A stretch of DNA of 51,259 nucleotides from IMG/VR virus record IMGVR_UViG_3300028706_000004. One strand, 5' to 3'. This document shows positions 27,683 to 38,000 of the stretch, one piece after another. Made by a program: the position numbers and the translations under genes. Under the pieces are notes generated by a model. It was not told where the DNA came from. It ran no database searches and saw only the letters and a list, made by a program, of their open reading frames with translations. This stretch comes from a virus. How positions within the stretch are numbered: the stretch's first letter is position 1; each line of letters starts with the position of its first letter.

Positions 27683-27969
27683 TATGTTCTGGTGTTTTCG
27701 TGTGCTTTTAATAGGTCTGTGAGATGGTTGTTTTGGTCAACCAGATACATGATCCTTTTCGTGTACCAGTCCATTCCCATGTCTTTACAGGGCTCATAGT
27801 CACCAAGAGAGTAAGTGTTGTCCCCTGTAGGGGAGTCTCCCTCTGCCTTTGCAATCATTGAAGGATTCTGCGCGGCTTTATTCTTGGCTTCGAGTTCTTC
27901 TTTAAGTCGGTCGATCTCTTCATGGCTCTCTCGAAGCTTCATGTGTAGGTAGTTCTGCTGAGGGGTCAC
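27682..27969 (-). CDS. coiled-coil hypothetical protein
   Basis: 95 aa; coupled to whiB. Confidence 0.6.
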   Translation of the reverse strand: MTPQQNYLHMKLRESHEEIDRLKEELEAKNKAAQNPSMIAKAEGDSPTGDNTYSLGDYEPCKDMGMDWYTKRIMYLVDQNNHLTDLLKAHENTRT

Positions 27970-28054
27970 GACCCATTAGGCCATTGTCCGAGGGACCATG
28001 CCCATGCACCGAAGGCTGCTGCAACTGCGAAAAGAGCCAGAATCGCTTCGCCCA

Positions 28055-29308
28055 TTAGTTGATGAGGTGCAGGTTGTTCCAGCCGTCAGCATCAACTGTG
28101 AAGTTGAGGGTTCCGGGCCGGGTCTTAACTCCCATGGAGTCTTGGAAGTATTCTCCTACTTTGGTGAGGCTTGGGGCGATTATGAGGGCTCTACCTTCTT
28201 GTTCTTTGACATTGAGGTGGTGATAGTGGCCGGTTATCAACACGTCTGCATCAGCGACACCTTTATGGGCGCGTCCCATGGCCTGTTTAGACCACCATGT
28301 CCAGACAGCTTGCGCGGCGTTTGCTCCTGCTTTGCTGAGGTGTCCGTGGGTAAATCCGACGATGTGGCCTGCGAGTTCGATACTTAGGGTTAGCTGGTCT
28401 AGTGGCAGCTTGAATCCGACGTGTCCGAATGCTTTGTTGTTTACGGAAAAGATTTCTGCGATTTGCTCAAATACGGCTACGTCGTCGTTGTCTCCTGTGG
28501 TGGTGAACCCTTTGCCGCCACCGTTGCCACGGTTCTCTCCATGGTTGCCGCCGACGGCTAGCACCGTCATTTTGTCTACGGTAGGGGCCGTGGAAAGGAT
28601 GATGTCGCGTACCCCGCGCCGGACGAGTTTGAGTTGTTCGCGTCGGTCGACTTCAATTCGGAACTGTTGGGCTGGGTAATGGCCGCAGGTGCCTTCGACA
28701 AGATCACCCAAGCCAGCGATAACAACATGCCCGATATTATGACCGCTATCTCGAAGGTTTTGTATCCGATCTGGGATGGCTTCGACAAGGTTTGAGATCT
28801 TCTCTGCTTGTTCTTCAACTCCGCCTCCATCGCGATTGCCCATTTGCCAGTCGCTCAGTGCAACGACAAAATGAGTGTCTCCCTTAGGGGCCTTCTTTTT
28901 GCTCTTTTTGGCCTTTCGAACTTCCTGATATACGTCTTCCGGAATGGGTTGCTGGTTAATGACGTGAGCTCTTAAACGAATTTCCGTTTTGTACGAATAG
29001 CAGATGGTGCTGTACGCCTCTTCTCCGGGGGCGTCTCGTTTCCAGCCGTCGTAGCTGGTCCACCTGATTGTGTCGCCGACGATTTCGTAGATAGCAGGAT
29101 CTAATCCTCGTTCTGCTAGGAGTTCATCCCAGTCGCCGACCGTGTCGTACACGGTATTTGTGGTGAGTTCTCCCTTTTCGCCGTCCCAGACAACTCCGGG
29201 TTCCCAGCCGGGAGGAGCAATCTTGCTTTTGACTGCATCCTGCATTTCGGCTTGACCCTCGACTGCTGCAAGGCGCTTCCTAAGGGAATCACTCATTTTC
29301 TGAGGCAC
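28055..29308 (-). CDS. calcineurin-like metallophosphoesterase (actinophage type)
   Basis: LSDWQ, GDLVEG, GNHGE, THGH, GHYHH motifs. Confidence 0.88.
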   Translation of the reverse strand: MPQKMSDSLRKRLAAVEGQAEMQDAVKSKIAPPGWEPGVVWDGEKGELTTNTVYDTVGDWDELLAERGLDPAIYEIVGDTIRWTSYDGWKRDAPGEEAYSTICYSYKTEIRLRAHVINQQPIPEDVYQEVRKAKKSKKKAPKGDTHFVVALSDWQMGNRDGGGVEEQAEKISNLVEAIPDRIQNLRDSGHNIGHVVIAGLGDLVEGTCGHYPAQQFRIEVDRREQLKLVRRGVRDIILSTAPTVDKMTVLAVGGNHGENRGNGGGKGFTTTGDNDDVAVFEQIAEIFSVNNKAFGHVGFKLPLDQLTLSIELAGHIVGFTHGHLSKAGANAAQAVWTWWSKQAMGRAHKGVADADVLITGHYHHLNVKEQEGRALIIAPSLTKVGEYFQDSMGVKTRPGTLNFTVDADGWNNLHLIN

Positions 29309-29579
29309 CTTCAGTCAAGAGAAGAAGACAACTGCATTTGAGTTGTCCTTTGAGGATTCTTCGGGCGTGGTCAACGGCATCTCTCGACACCTTGTGTCCT
29401 TCGACGTTTAATGCAGTGGTGATAGACCGGGTGGATGCTGGTCCCTTGAGGACAGTGCGCAGCATGATGCGGGTTTCTTCATCCTGTTGGCGGAAGACCT
29501 GCGGCATTCGACAATTCCACTGATTGCTCGGTGATTCGAGTATTTCAGTGAGTTTGTCTTTGAGCATGGTAATCTCCAA
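29289..29579 (-). CDS. small HTH/Zn protein upstream of the phosphoesterase
   Basis: C...STRSITTAL..EG..VSRDAVDH.R...CSC. Confidence 0.6.
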   Translation of the reverse strand: MEITMLKDKLTEILESPSNQWNCRMPQVFRQQDEETRIMLRTVLKGPASTRSITTALNVEGHKVSRDAVDHARRILKGQLKCSCLLLLTEGASENE

Positions 29580-29658
29580 ATGATGGCCTGCAGCGAACTA
29601 CTTATATGTTATTACATCGGCGGGGTCCGTGTGCGGACAAGGCTATGATGAGTACATT

Positions 29659-30186
29659 ATGAGCAGTAACCTCTCTTCTAGGGAATTACGCAACGCTTTG
29701 GCGGAAGCCGTCTCTCAGCCAGTTGAATCAGCCGCCGTTGAGGATTTGATGCGCGTTCTTGACCGGACAAAGCTATTCAGATACCACCAAGATGAGTCGG
29801 TATCCTTGATGTCGACTGCTGGGAAGGTACTAGCGGCCATTATCGAAGACCCGACCCTCACCCAGAGGGCGATTTCGGTGTATTTGGGGTGTAGTGAAAC
29901 CCTCGTCGATAAAACTGTTAAAACCCTTGCAGAATCAGGGCTGATTACAAAGACAAAAGTCAACCGCAAAAATGTTTACAAAATCGACCTACAAAACGTC
30001 AAAAACCATAGTGATATCACCCATTTATCTGGTGTGCTCGAACTGCTCGAAAAGTTAGAGAGTGCGTCTCAGGTGTCACCAAACCAGTTGGATTCAGCGG
30101 ACACCTCTGAAAAGTCTGAAAAAGATCTCGGAGATGTCGGAACCGTACCCATGACCCCCATCGGTGGAACTGCCGACATCTTCTAG
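29659..30186 (+). CDS. winged-helix (MarR/HTH_24-like) regulator
   Basis: LTQRAISVYLGCSETLVDKTVKTLAESGLITKTKVNRKNVY. Confidence 0.75.
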   Translation: MSSNLSSRELRNALAEAVSQPVESAAVEDLMRVLDRTKLFRYHQDESVSLMSTAGKVLAAIIEDPTLTQRAISVYLGCSETLVDKTVKTLAESGLITKTKVNRKNVYKIDLQNVKNHSDITHLSGVLELLEKLESASQVSPNQLDSADTSEKSEKDLGDVGTVPMTPIGGTADIF

Positions 30187-30198
30187 TAAGATCCGAAT

Positions 30199-30519
30199 AT
30201 GCTCATACAGTCTGGATGGATCACTAAACTCGGATTTGAAATCGAATCTCCTACCCATAGTTTGCTTGGTTTCATAAAAGCGATGGGTGGGAAGGCCGAT
30301 ACGGCTCTGACGCTTGAGGTGATTGCTGGCAAATTTGACGATAAGTCGAAAGTTGCGAGATCAGCGAAGGTTCTTCTTCAAAATAGATATATCACGGCCA
30401 CGAAAGGTGGCAAGTGGACTATCACTGCCGAAGGAAACAACGCTTTGATCACAGCGACATCTCGTGTAGGTTTACCAAAACCTTCTAATCCACAACACAG
30501 ACGGAAAAGAAAGCGATAA
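30199..30519 (+). CDS. winged-helix-like basic protein
   Basis: VARSAKVLLQNRYI...WTITAEG; TAAGAT 6 nt before ATG. Confidence 0.55.
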   Translation: MLIQSGWITKLGFEIESPTHSLLGFIKAMGGKADTALTLEVIAGKFDDKSKVARSAKVLLQNRYITATKGGKWTITAEGNNALITATSRVGLPKPSNPQHRRKRKR

Positions 30520-30798
30520 GAGATGGGTTCAGCTCCAGAGAAAAAAAAGGTCAGGACGCAAAATCCACGACCTGCTAACAAGATACCCAGAATCGATAAA
30601 TCTAGTATCCATGACACCTACACCCGTGGAGAGCTCATGCGCTTACGCGAAGAAGAAGTGGAGAAATTTAGAAATGCCCAAATTAAGTCAAGCAAAAATT
30701 GACAAGTGGAAAAAGAAGCACGCTCAAATTACTCCGAACCCTTATGGGACCGGATGGGCTAACGAAGCTATCACCAAAGAAGAGATACTAAGAAGTCG

Positions 30799-31143
30799 TT
30801 AATCATCTGTGGGACGCTGGTTCATCCAAGCGTAGAAAACCTCATCCTTGATAGGAACGAACCACAGTTGCCCGGTTTCGACATCGCCGAAATTACCCTG
30901 TAAGCACCAACAGATCTCCATCTGTTCTTCTGGTGCGCAAACACCTATGTTGCACTCCAGACCGTAAACGGCTATGAAGTAAGAAACAACGCAACCCAGA
31001 TCAGATCGGCAAGGGGCTTCGTCGTCGTCCTCGTGAGGACATTCGATTTCAGCAACTTCCAGTTCAGCCTTATTTAAACGCAAGCTGATTTTGTGGCCGT
31101 CGTTATTCCATGCAACTTCGTCTTCAGCTATCAAGGCGGGCAT
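30799..31143 (-). CDS. Cys-containing acidic hypothetical protein
   Basis: MPALIAED...; TATGAT 7 nt before ATG. Confidence 0.6.
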   Translation of the reverse strand: MPALIAEDEVAWNNDGHKISLRLNKAELEVAEIECPHEDDDEAPCRSDLGCVVSYFIAVYGLECNIGVCAPEEQMEICWCLQGNFGDVETGQLWFVPIKDEVFYAWMNQRPTDD

Positions 31144-31651
31144 GGTGACCATCATAACGGAAGATGAGGGTAGGGCGCTGCTTTCCTCCCTACCCCCACC
31201 GACCAAATTACAGGTCACCTCCAGACTTGAGGCTTACAGATGAATTAGGAGAAAAGGCCCTTTTTCCCTAACGCCGAGATCCGAAGACCTTGGCTACACA
31301 AAGTATACCTTATAGCGGTATGTCTTCTGGTGGATGGTGCGGAAAGCAGGAAAACTGCAAATTTGCCCCTAGGGGGCTTGAAGCTCTAAATGTAAAATAC
31401 TTTTCGATTGTCTGACGGTGACGTTTGACCACCACTCACCTGTGCTCGTTCGGCCTTCAGTCCTGTATCTTTGAAGTTGGACAAGATCAGAAAGAAATGA
31501 ATGAAGACCCTAATCAAAAAAGTGAAGAACGTACTAAAGCCAAGAACCCACTACTACCAGAATCAGGTTTTCACCGATGCGCTAGAGCGCGAGCTAATGA
31601 AGGCTTACGCTGGAACCCCTTTTAGATTCAACCGAAAAGGTCGCCGCTTTT

Positions 31652-32203
31652 CTAGTAGAAATCAGGTCCGCGCATCCAAGCGACCAGTGCCCAGCGTTCA
31701 CCCGTAATCAAGGGCTTTACCTCATGAAGAGTCCACGACGGCCAGACGGTGGCATAACCCTGCATTTGGGTAACAGTCCATGGCTCAGGACCGTCGTATA
31801 GTAAAACTTCTCCACCCCCATATTGTCGGGAGTCCGACAATTGGATGGTCATAGATAATTTGCGTTCCCGGTAAAACGGACTCCAGTCAGTGTGAGGCTT
31901 GTAGAAATCGCCCTCCTTGTAGTGGAGGACCTCCACAAGTGGAAGTGAATCCGTTCCCCAGTAAGTACAGAAGTCCCACACGTTGTGGTCACCAAAAGCA
32001 TTTAAGAGTTGATTGAGCACTCCCAGATCTTCGACCCTGTATCTCTCGGTTGATCGAATGTCCGGTTTCCGCTGTGCCCCTTGAGCTATGACACGAGCTT
32101 CGTGGGCTTCTCCCTTTTGTGCAATGTCAAGAACCTGCTGGCACTGCTCCTGATCCCAGAGATGGAATTCTTGGAAGGTTGTAATCGTCGGAGGCTTGGT
32201 CAA
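31652..32203 (-). CDS. PKHD-type 2OG-Fe(II) oxygenase
   Basis: HTD...RKLSMTIQLS...YGGG...PSWTLHEVKPLITGERWALVAW. Confidence 0.9.
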   Translation of the reverse strand: MTKPPTITTFQEFHLWDQEQCQQVLDIAQKGEAHEARVIAQGAQRKPDIRSTERYRVEDLGVLNQLLNAFGDHNVWDFCTYWGTDSLPLVEVLHYKEGDFYKPHTDWSPFYRERKLSMTIQLSDSRQYGGGEVLLYDGPEPWTVTQMQGYATVWPSWTLHEVKPLITGERWALVAWMRGPDFY

Positions 32204-33201
32204 TCCTCGTAACCTCCGCCCGGCTTGGTACGAGACTCCGCTAGATCTTCCGGAGACGACATGCTGTGAAAGTGAATTTCATCTTTTTCGTCAACCTCAA
32301 AAGCGTTTTCTTCTTCCATTATGTCTATCTTGCGCTTACCGCCATACCAAACCGCGTCCATGCCCACTAGACCTCGGTTGAAACTGCGAGGACCCATCCA
32401 TCCGGAAAACGAATGAAGGTTACAGCGGTTATCCCAAATCAAAAAATTTCCTTCTTCCCAACGAAACCACTGTTGATTCTCGGGATCATTAATCTGATCG
32501 TGTATCCACTGCATATATTCCACAAATTCTGGCTGTTCATCCGAACCCATATATCCGTAGCCTTCTATGCCCGCTGCGGGGTCTAAGCCCGCACCCCATC
32601 CACTCCCCAACGCATCTTTGGAAGCTCCTATGGGCAGCATGCGGCTGTCCGAGATGCATAAACTCGTTTTACCGGTAACAGGGTGCGTTCTTAAAGCTGG
32701 ATGGATTTGAGCTTCGATACTCTCGTCTATCTGGACGCCCCCCTTGGCGGGATGGGCAAGATTCAGATCTTCTAAATACTCTTTATATGGACATTTTTCG
32801 TACAGATCCTCTAGATTGACAAGAACGGTGTCCCCTTGTCCCTCCGGGCAATCGTATTCCAACATGCTCATACTCAAATAAGAGACCGGACGCTTGTACT
32901 CAACACAATCTGCGTGCCAGTTGGACTTCATGCAGTCCAACGGATCTTTGTCTTCAGTCAGCCGACCAGCGGGAGAAAGGTTCTCGTAGGTGTTGTCTGT
33001 CCAGATACTGGCACCCCTAGTCGAATAAACATTTCGACATAAATCAAAATCAAAAAGGCGCAGCAGTACTTTTCCGTGCTGCTCGGGTGTCAAGTAAAGG
33101 GGGTCCTCAAAGCCAAGAGCTTTGTGTTCTAATAGTAAATCCGCGTAGACCTCAAAGCCATCGATGAGGTCGTTATAGGAACCGCCTGCGACTCTGTGCA
33201 T
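32200..33201 (-). CDS. TauD/TfdA family 2OG-dependent dioxygenase
   Basis: WHAD, GDT, HPALRTHPVTG, WDNRCNLH...R. Confidence 0.88.
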   Translation of the reverse strand: MHRVAGGSYNDLIDGFEVYADLLLEHKALGFEDPLYLTPEQHGKVLLRLFDFDLCRNVYSTRGASIWTDNTYENLSPAGRLTEDKDPLDCMKSNWHADCVEYKRPVSYLSMSMLEYDCPEGQGDTVLVNLEDLYEKCPYKEYLEDLNLAHPAKGGVQIDESIEAQIHPALRTHPVTGKTSLCISDSRMLPIGASKDALGSGWGAGLDPAAGIEGYGYMGSDEQPEFVEYMQWIHDQINDPENQQWFRWEEGNFLIWDNRCNLHSFSGWMGPRSFNRGLVGMDAVWYGGKRKIDIMEEENAFEVDEKDEIHFHSMSSPEDLAESRTKPGGGYED

Positions 33202-33301
33202 AGGTATATCTTAGACCGTCCATATGTCCGCAACAGTCACAATGATTGCAGCTACACGGGCATGATGGACAACTGCAATTTGGACATCCTGAATCTGACA
33301 T
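33173..33301 (-). CDS. Cys-rich metallothionein-like peptide (42 aa)
   Basis: MSDSGCPNCSCPSCPCSCNHCDCCGH...; RBS AAGGAGGG. Confidence 0.6.
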   Translation of the reverse strand: MSDSGCPNCSCPSCPCSCNHCDCCGHMDGLRYTYAQSRRRFL

Positions 33302-33311
33302 AATTCCCTCC

Positions 33312-33575
33312 TTAGACGGTTTGAGTATTTGTTCCGCCTTTTTTGCCTGTAGGAGCACTAGCGAAAACCTTGTTAACGTCTTCCTTGGATAGTTCGCCGT
33401 CCACGAGGTAGGCCCTAGCTAGCCCACCGACAACTGTCGCCACACCTGACAGGCCAGCGATAAGACAAGACTGCAAAATGTCGACACCAGCAATGGCGCC
33501 TGCTCCGATCACACTCAACGCATTCGCCACAAAAACGGCAATACAGCGCATAACAATTGTGGCAAGTCGTCTCAT
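33312..33575 (-). CDS. putative holin
   Basis: Two TM helices and a charged C-terminus; downstream of the endolysin. Confidence 0.65.
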   Translation of the reverse strand: MRRLATIVMRCIAVFVANALSVIGAGAIAGVDILQSCLIAGLSGVATVVGGLARAYLVDGELSKEDVNKVFASAPTGKKGGTNTQTV

Positions 33576-33820
33576 TTGAATGCCCCTCGGGCATGATCGG
33601 CTACATGCTCATCTAAATTTGCTTCTGTTCGTTGGGTGGATTCACGGACTTCATCAATAGATCTACCCAACCCCCGAGCGATCATGTCAAGTTTCATGGC
33701 GACAATACTGTGGTCGCGCTTATTGTCCCTACGGACCTTTTCGATCAACGCCACCGATGTCATAGCAAAGAAGCCAATTAAGGCAACAACGATCTCAGTC
33801 ATAGTTACGCCCTGTCCCAT
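33572..33820 (-). CDS. lysis-cassette membrane protein (N-terminal TM plus coiled coil, DUF2746-like)
   Basis: TM helix, then RRDNKRDH...LDEHVADH. Confidence 0.6.
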   Translation of the reverse strand: MGQGVTMTEIVVALIGFFAMTSVALIEKVRRDNKRDHSIVAMKLDMIARGLGRSIDEVRESTQRTEANLDEHVADHARGAFK

Positions 33821-34236
33821 CCCGGATTATCTTCAGCTACTGGTAGGTATTTACTAAACATCCTGCCTGCCACCAAAGCTAAGACGGTTGCTATTCCTGC
33901 TGCAACCAATGAAGTCTGAGCAATGTCGGCCCGTGAGGTGCCGTAGGTCGGCGATTGCGCGATCATTTCGACCCCGAAGGTCGCTACGCCGCAAAGCGCT
34001 GCTCGTGTCCAGTTGTTAACACGAAGTCCAAACACTGCAACTACGGTTGCGATAGCTGCTGTCAAACCACCCGACCTGAGAGCGTTAGCCCAATGGTCTC
34101 CTGTGATGGCAGACACGTCACCGCCAGTCATGGCAGTCAAACAGCCAAGAAACGTACTGCTTAGGTGCGTTTGTGGCTGTGCCACCTTGATCCGGTCAAC
34201 CACCCCATTCATAACTATGATTCCAATACAGCCCAA
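33805..34236 (-). CDS. multi-TM membrane protein
   Basis: 3-4 hydrophobic helices; in the lysis cassette. Confidence 0.65.
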   Translation of the reverse strand: MGCIGIIVMNGVVDRIKVAQPQTHLSSTFLGCLTAMTGGDVSAITGDHWANALRSGGLTAAIATVVAVFGLRVNNWTRAALCGVATFGVEMIAQSPTYGTSRADIAQTSLVAAGIATVLALVAGRMFSKYLPVAEDNPGWDRA

Positions 34237-34976
34237 GTTTTAGAACCACACACTCCATCAACGACTAAAGCATGATCATGTTGAAATGCTTTAACTCGCT
34301 GTTCAGTTTGAGGTCCGAATGCGCCGTCTGCAGTGATAGAAGTTGCTCCACCACAAACGTTGCATGCATGGCTATTTAAGAGTTCCTGCATGTATTGAGT
34401 GGCCTTACCTTTAGAGCCTTTTTTGCAAGTTGTTTTACGAGGTTTTGCAGGGGCAGCAATCATTCCATCTATTGCTCCCTCCGCCAGAGGGATGCTTCCT
34501 CCCCATAGAGGGGTTACGGCTGCTGCATAGTGGTCTGCATCGTCAGCGAATTCATTAGAGATTTCGACGTGAACCCAGTCTCCACCGGGTGTGAGGGACA
34601 TCACTTTGCGGTCATACGCTGTCCATCGTTGCCGGTCACATTTCCAGCCGCGCCCAAATGGCTTAGGCCAGTAGTCATAGACAGCTTCCACGCCCAGTTT
34701 TTCAGCGTGTTCTACAAGAAAGTCCATGACTTTGCGAGCCATTTCGTAGTCACCGTTGCCTTTAGTGCCCATGTCACGCCAAGAAATATCAAAAGCTCGA
34801 CCAGTTCCGTGTACGGAAGGAGACGATTTTCCACGTTTATTGCGGACAACCCAAGAACCGTTATGCCACATGCCGTTATTCGTGGCTTTGTTGATTTCTT
34901 TTATCAACTGTTCGGTCCCTTCTCTTCTACTGTTTGCTGTTTTATCAAAACCCGTATATGGGCGGGATTCAACCAT
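34215..34976 (-). CDS. endolysin: M15-type Zn peptidase plus PG-binding domain
   Basis: SVHGTGRAFD...DWVHVE; C-terminal DGAFGPQT...VKAFQ...LVVDGVCGSKTW. Confidence 0.85.
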   Translation of the reverse strand: MVESRPYTGFDKTANSRREGTEQLIKEINKATNNGMWHNGSWVVRNKRGKSSPSVHGTGRAFDISWRDMGTKGNGDYEMARKVMDFLVEHAEKLGVEAVYDYWPKPFGRGWKCDRQRWTAYDRKVMSLTPGGDWVHVEISNEFADDADHYAAAVTPLWGGSIPLAEGAIDGMIAAPAKPRKTTCKKGSKGKATQYMQELLNSHACNVCGGATSITADGAFGPQTEQRVKAFQHDHALVVDGVCGSKTWAVLES

Positions 34977-35092
34977 TATTACTCCAAAGACAACTACGTC
35001 AAAAACCTACGACGCCATACACATTGTACCTGACAGATAATAGAGCTCTTCTTTACTACTTCCCAATTTTGTATAAAGACACTCTTTATTCA

Positions 35093-38000
35093 TCAATCAA
35101 CCTCTTCGATAGTTAGTCGATACCACCCACTGTTGTTCCCGTTGTATACGGCAGCCTGTACCACATAGTCGCCCACAGCCATGTCCGTGCGGACGATGCG
35201 AGCATCCCACTGATCGCTCACGTTGTCGATCACGGCGACACCATCAGAGCAAGCGCCCCCGGTATCGCAGTAGGTGATCGTCGGGGTTTCGTCTACATCC
35301 ACGGCGTTGCTAGGCGGGGTAGCGCAGGTGCTTCCACAGTCACTTCCCCCATCGTCGTCCGTTTCAATCTGGGCACCAACCGTGACAGCACCAGTGTCCC
35401 CGGAATGATCCCCGGTGTCAGAGTCGTTGTCATTGTTCAGGTAGATGTACGGGTCGCCAGCCTCGTTGCTGGACCCGAACTGGGCGCTAGTCAGGTTCGA
35501 TTCGGCGTCGATACGGACACTGGTTACCTCGTCCAACGAGAACTGAATATGGTCACGGTCGGTGCGGCTAGAGGATTGCACGATGCACCAGTCGCCCATG
35601 CCTCTCCATCCACCCTCAGAGCAGCCTTCCTCGGTGTTCACAGCCTCAGCCGTTGTAGTAGACGCTGATGTGTAGGCGTCGCCAGCGGTAACCGTCGTGG
35701 TTTGAGGACTCCAGCCGCGCACCGTTGAGCAACTCTGCTGAACACCATCTGAGAACGTGCAGGTCGTCATATCCGATCCGGCGCGAGCCACCACGGTTGT
35801 CGTGTCTACATGAGTCGTCGTAACCGTCGTCGCCGTTGTGGTTGCAAGATGCCAGTGACCATCGTTGCTGTTGTGGGTCAAGATTCCGCTCTCAGCGGTT
35901 GTGGTGGCGGTCCCCGTCTGAGCAGTAGTGGTGCTCGTAGAGATCGTCTCGGACAAGGCAGCGTTCGTGGTCGTGTAGGTGATGGTCGGGTAGTAGACCG
36001 CTATCGGGACCACGACCGGGATGTACGCCTCTTGGACTTCTTCGGGGAGGTATTCCTGAGCGACATCTATTGGAACTATCCCTGCCTCAACTTCAAGAGT
36101 GAAACCAGCCCATGTGGTGTAGCCGCCCGGTGGTGCACCCCAATCGTCGTAGTAGGTGGGATCGTTGGCTGCGTCGTAAGCCTCCCAAGTTTCAAAGCCC
36201 CCGGGGGCACTGTCGCAAGCTGAGGTGCCCCTACAGCCTTCATAGGGGTCTACCCACTCCGGTTCCTCTGGTTCCGGCTCTGGTTCTGGCTCTGGCTCTG
36301 GTTCCGGTTCTGGTTCTATTTCTTCAGAAGGCAGCTCCGTTTCATCCATTTGCTCTTCATCCACTTGCGTTTCTGAAGATGTATCTGGGTCGGATTCTGC
36401 GTCTTCGTCACCGGGTTCGAACCATTCGTCCTCCTCTATGGGATCATCTTCAGTATCCCACTCTTCTTCATCGGGAAACTCTTCCCAAAGGGGTTCGTTC
36501 TCTTCGTCGTAAGCAACCCAATCTTCCTCTGTCCAATCCCACGACTCGCTAGGCGATGGACCCCAATCTTCCGGCCACTCCTCTAAGCCCATCTCCTCAA
36601 GGATGAGGGCTTCTTCGTCTTCAGCAGTCCATTCCTCTACTTCTTCTTCAAATTCTTCGACCTCTTCTTCAGTGAGACCTTCAAGCATTTCAAAGAAAGC
36701 CTGTTCTTGCTCTTCGTCATAAGTCACCCAATCCTCTTCGTCCCATGGACCCTCTTCACACTCGTCGCACCATTCAGCATCATCAGGCCAGAACTCTTCT
36801 TGCCAATCGTCCCATTCCTCTTCAGTGTTAAGCTCCCACGACTCTTCTTCTGCTATCTGCTCCTCTTCCCACAAAGAGTGCATCTCATCGTCGTAAGCCT
36901 GCCAATCACCGTCATCCCACAGCGCTGTTTCACTAGGAGAAGGACCCCAATCTTCTGGCCACTCATCAAGACCCTCTTCTTCAAGAATCATGGCTTCTTC
37001 GTCGGCTGCCCACTCTTGGTCGTAGGTGTCCCAGTCGTCCTCAGTCCACTCTGCGGCCTCCGTAGGTGACGGACCCCAGTCTTCGGGCCATTCCTCTACG
37101 CCCAGCTCCTCCAGCAGTGATTCTTCCCACGATGTGGGATCTTCCATCTCTTCTTCCCAGACGGAATCCATTTCCTCGTCGTAGACAATCCAATCCTCTT
37201 CTTCCCAATCGACAGTTTCAGTGGGAGACGGACCTAAGAGTGTTTCGTTCCACTCCTCCAGCCCCATCTCTTCGAGAATCATTTCTTCTTCTAATTCAGC
37301 GTCGTATTCCTGAAATGCAAAATCCTCTTCGTAATATTCTTCTTCGTACTCCTCCCAGAATTCCTCCTCGTCAAGCTCTTCATGCTCCTCGAAGAACACA
37401 ATGCGCTCTTCTTCAACCTCCGCCATGAATGATTCAACTTCTTCGAATAGTTCTTCTACATCGACAGCCTCACCAAAGAGGTCATCCATCAGCTCCTGCT
37501 CATCTTCGAACCATTCGTCTGTGTATTCAACCTCCTCCCACTGTTCGTCCTCCCAATATTCTTCGTCCACGCTAAGGAGGATTTCTACAAAGTCGATCTC
37601 ATCCTCCTCGAACGACTCAGGAGCCTCCCATTCCTCAACCGATTCAATCTCTTCTACATAAGAAGTACCCAGAACCTCTTCAATGCGATCTTCGGCGACT
37701 GCTTGGAAATACTCGGCATCTGAAGCCACCCACGCTTCAACCTCGACCTCCTCCGTGGTGATCTCCCCAGCATCTGCGTCGAACGTAAGTTCGATAACAA
37801 CGGGAACGACAACCGGTTCTGGTTCCGGTTGTGGAGGCAACGTGGTGACTGGCTCGTCTGGTCGAGCTGGAACAGTGACAGTTGGTTCCTCGAACACCTG
37901 TTCGGTAACCCGATAGTCGGTCATATCGACCTCTACCTCAGCCAACACCTCACCCTCATTATCCTGAATAGCAATGTCCAGCGTGTCCCTAACCGGCTCA

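Noticed and set aside
31501-31707. 68-aa basic plus-strand ORF
   Set aside because: Plausible, but it overlaps the convergent oxygenase by 56 nt and has no recognisable motif, so it is not listed as a feature.
32200-33201. Calling the gene tauD (taurine sulfur scavenging)
   Set aside because: Family motifs do not establish the substrate, and no sulfonate transport context is present.
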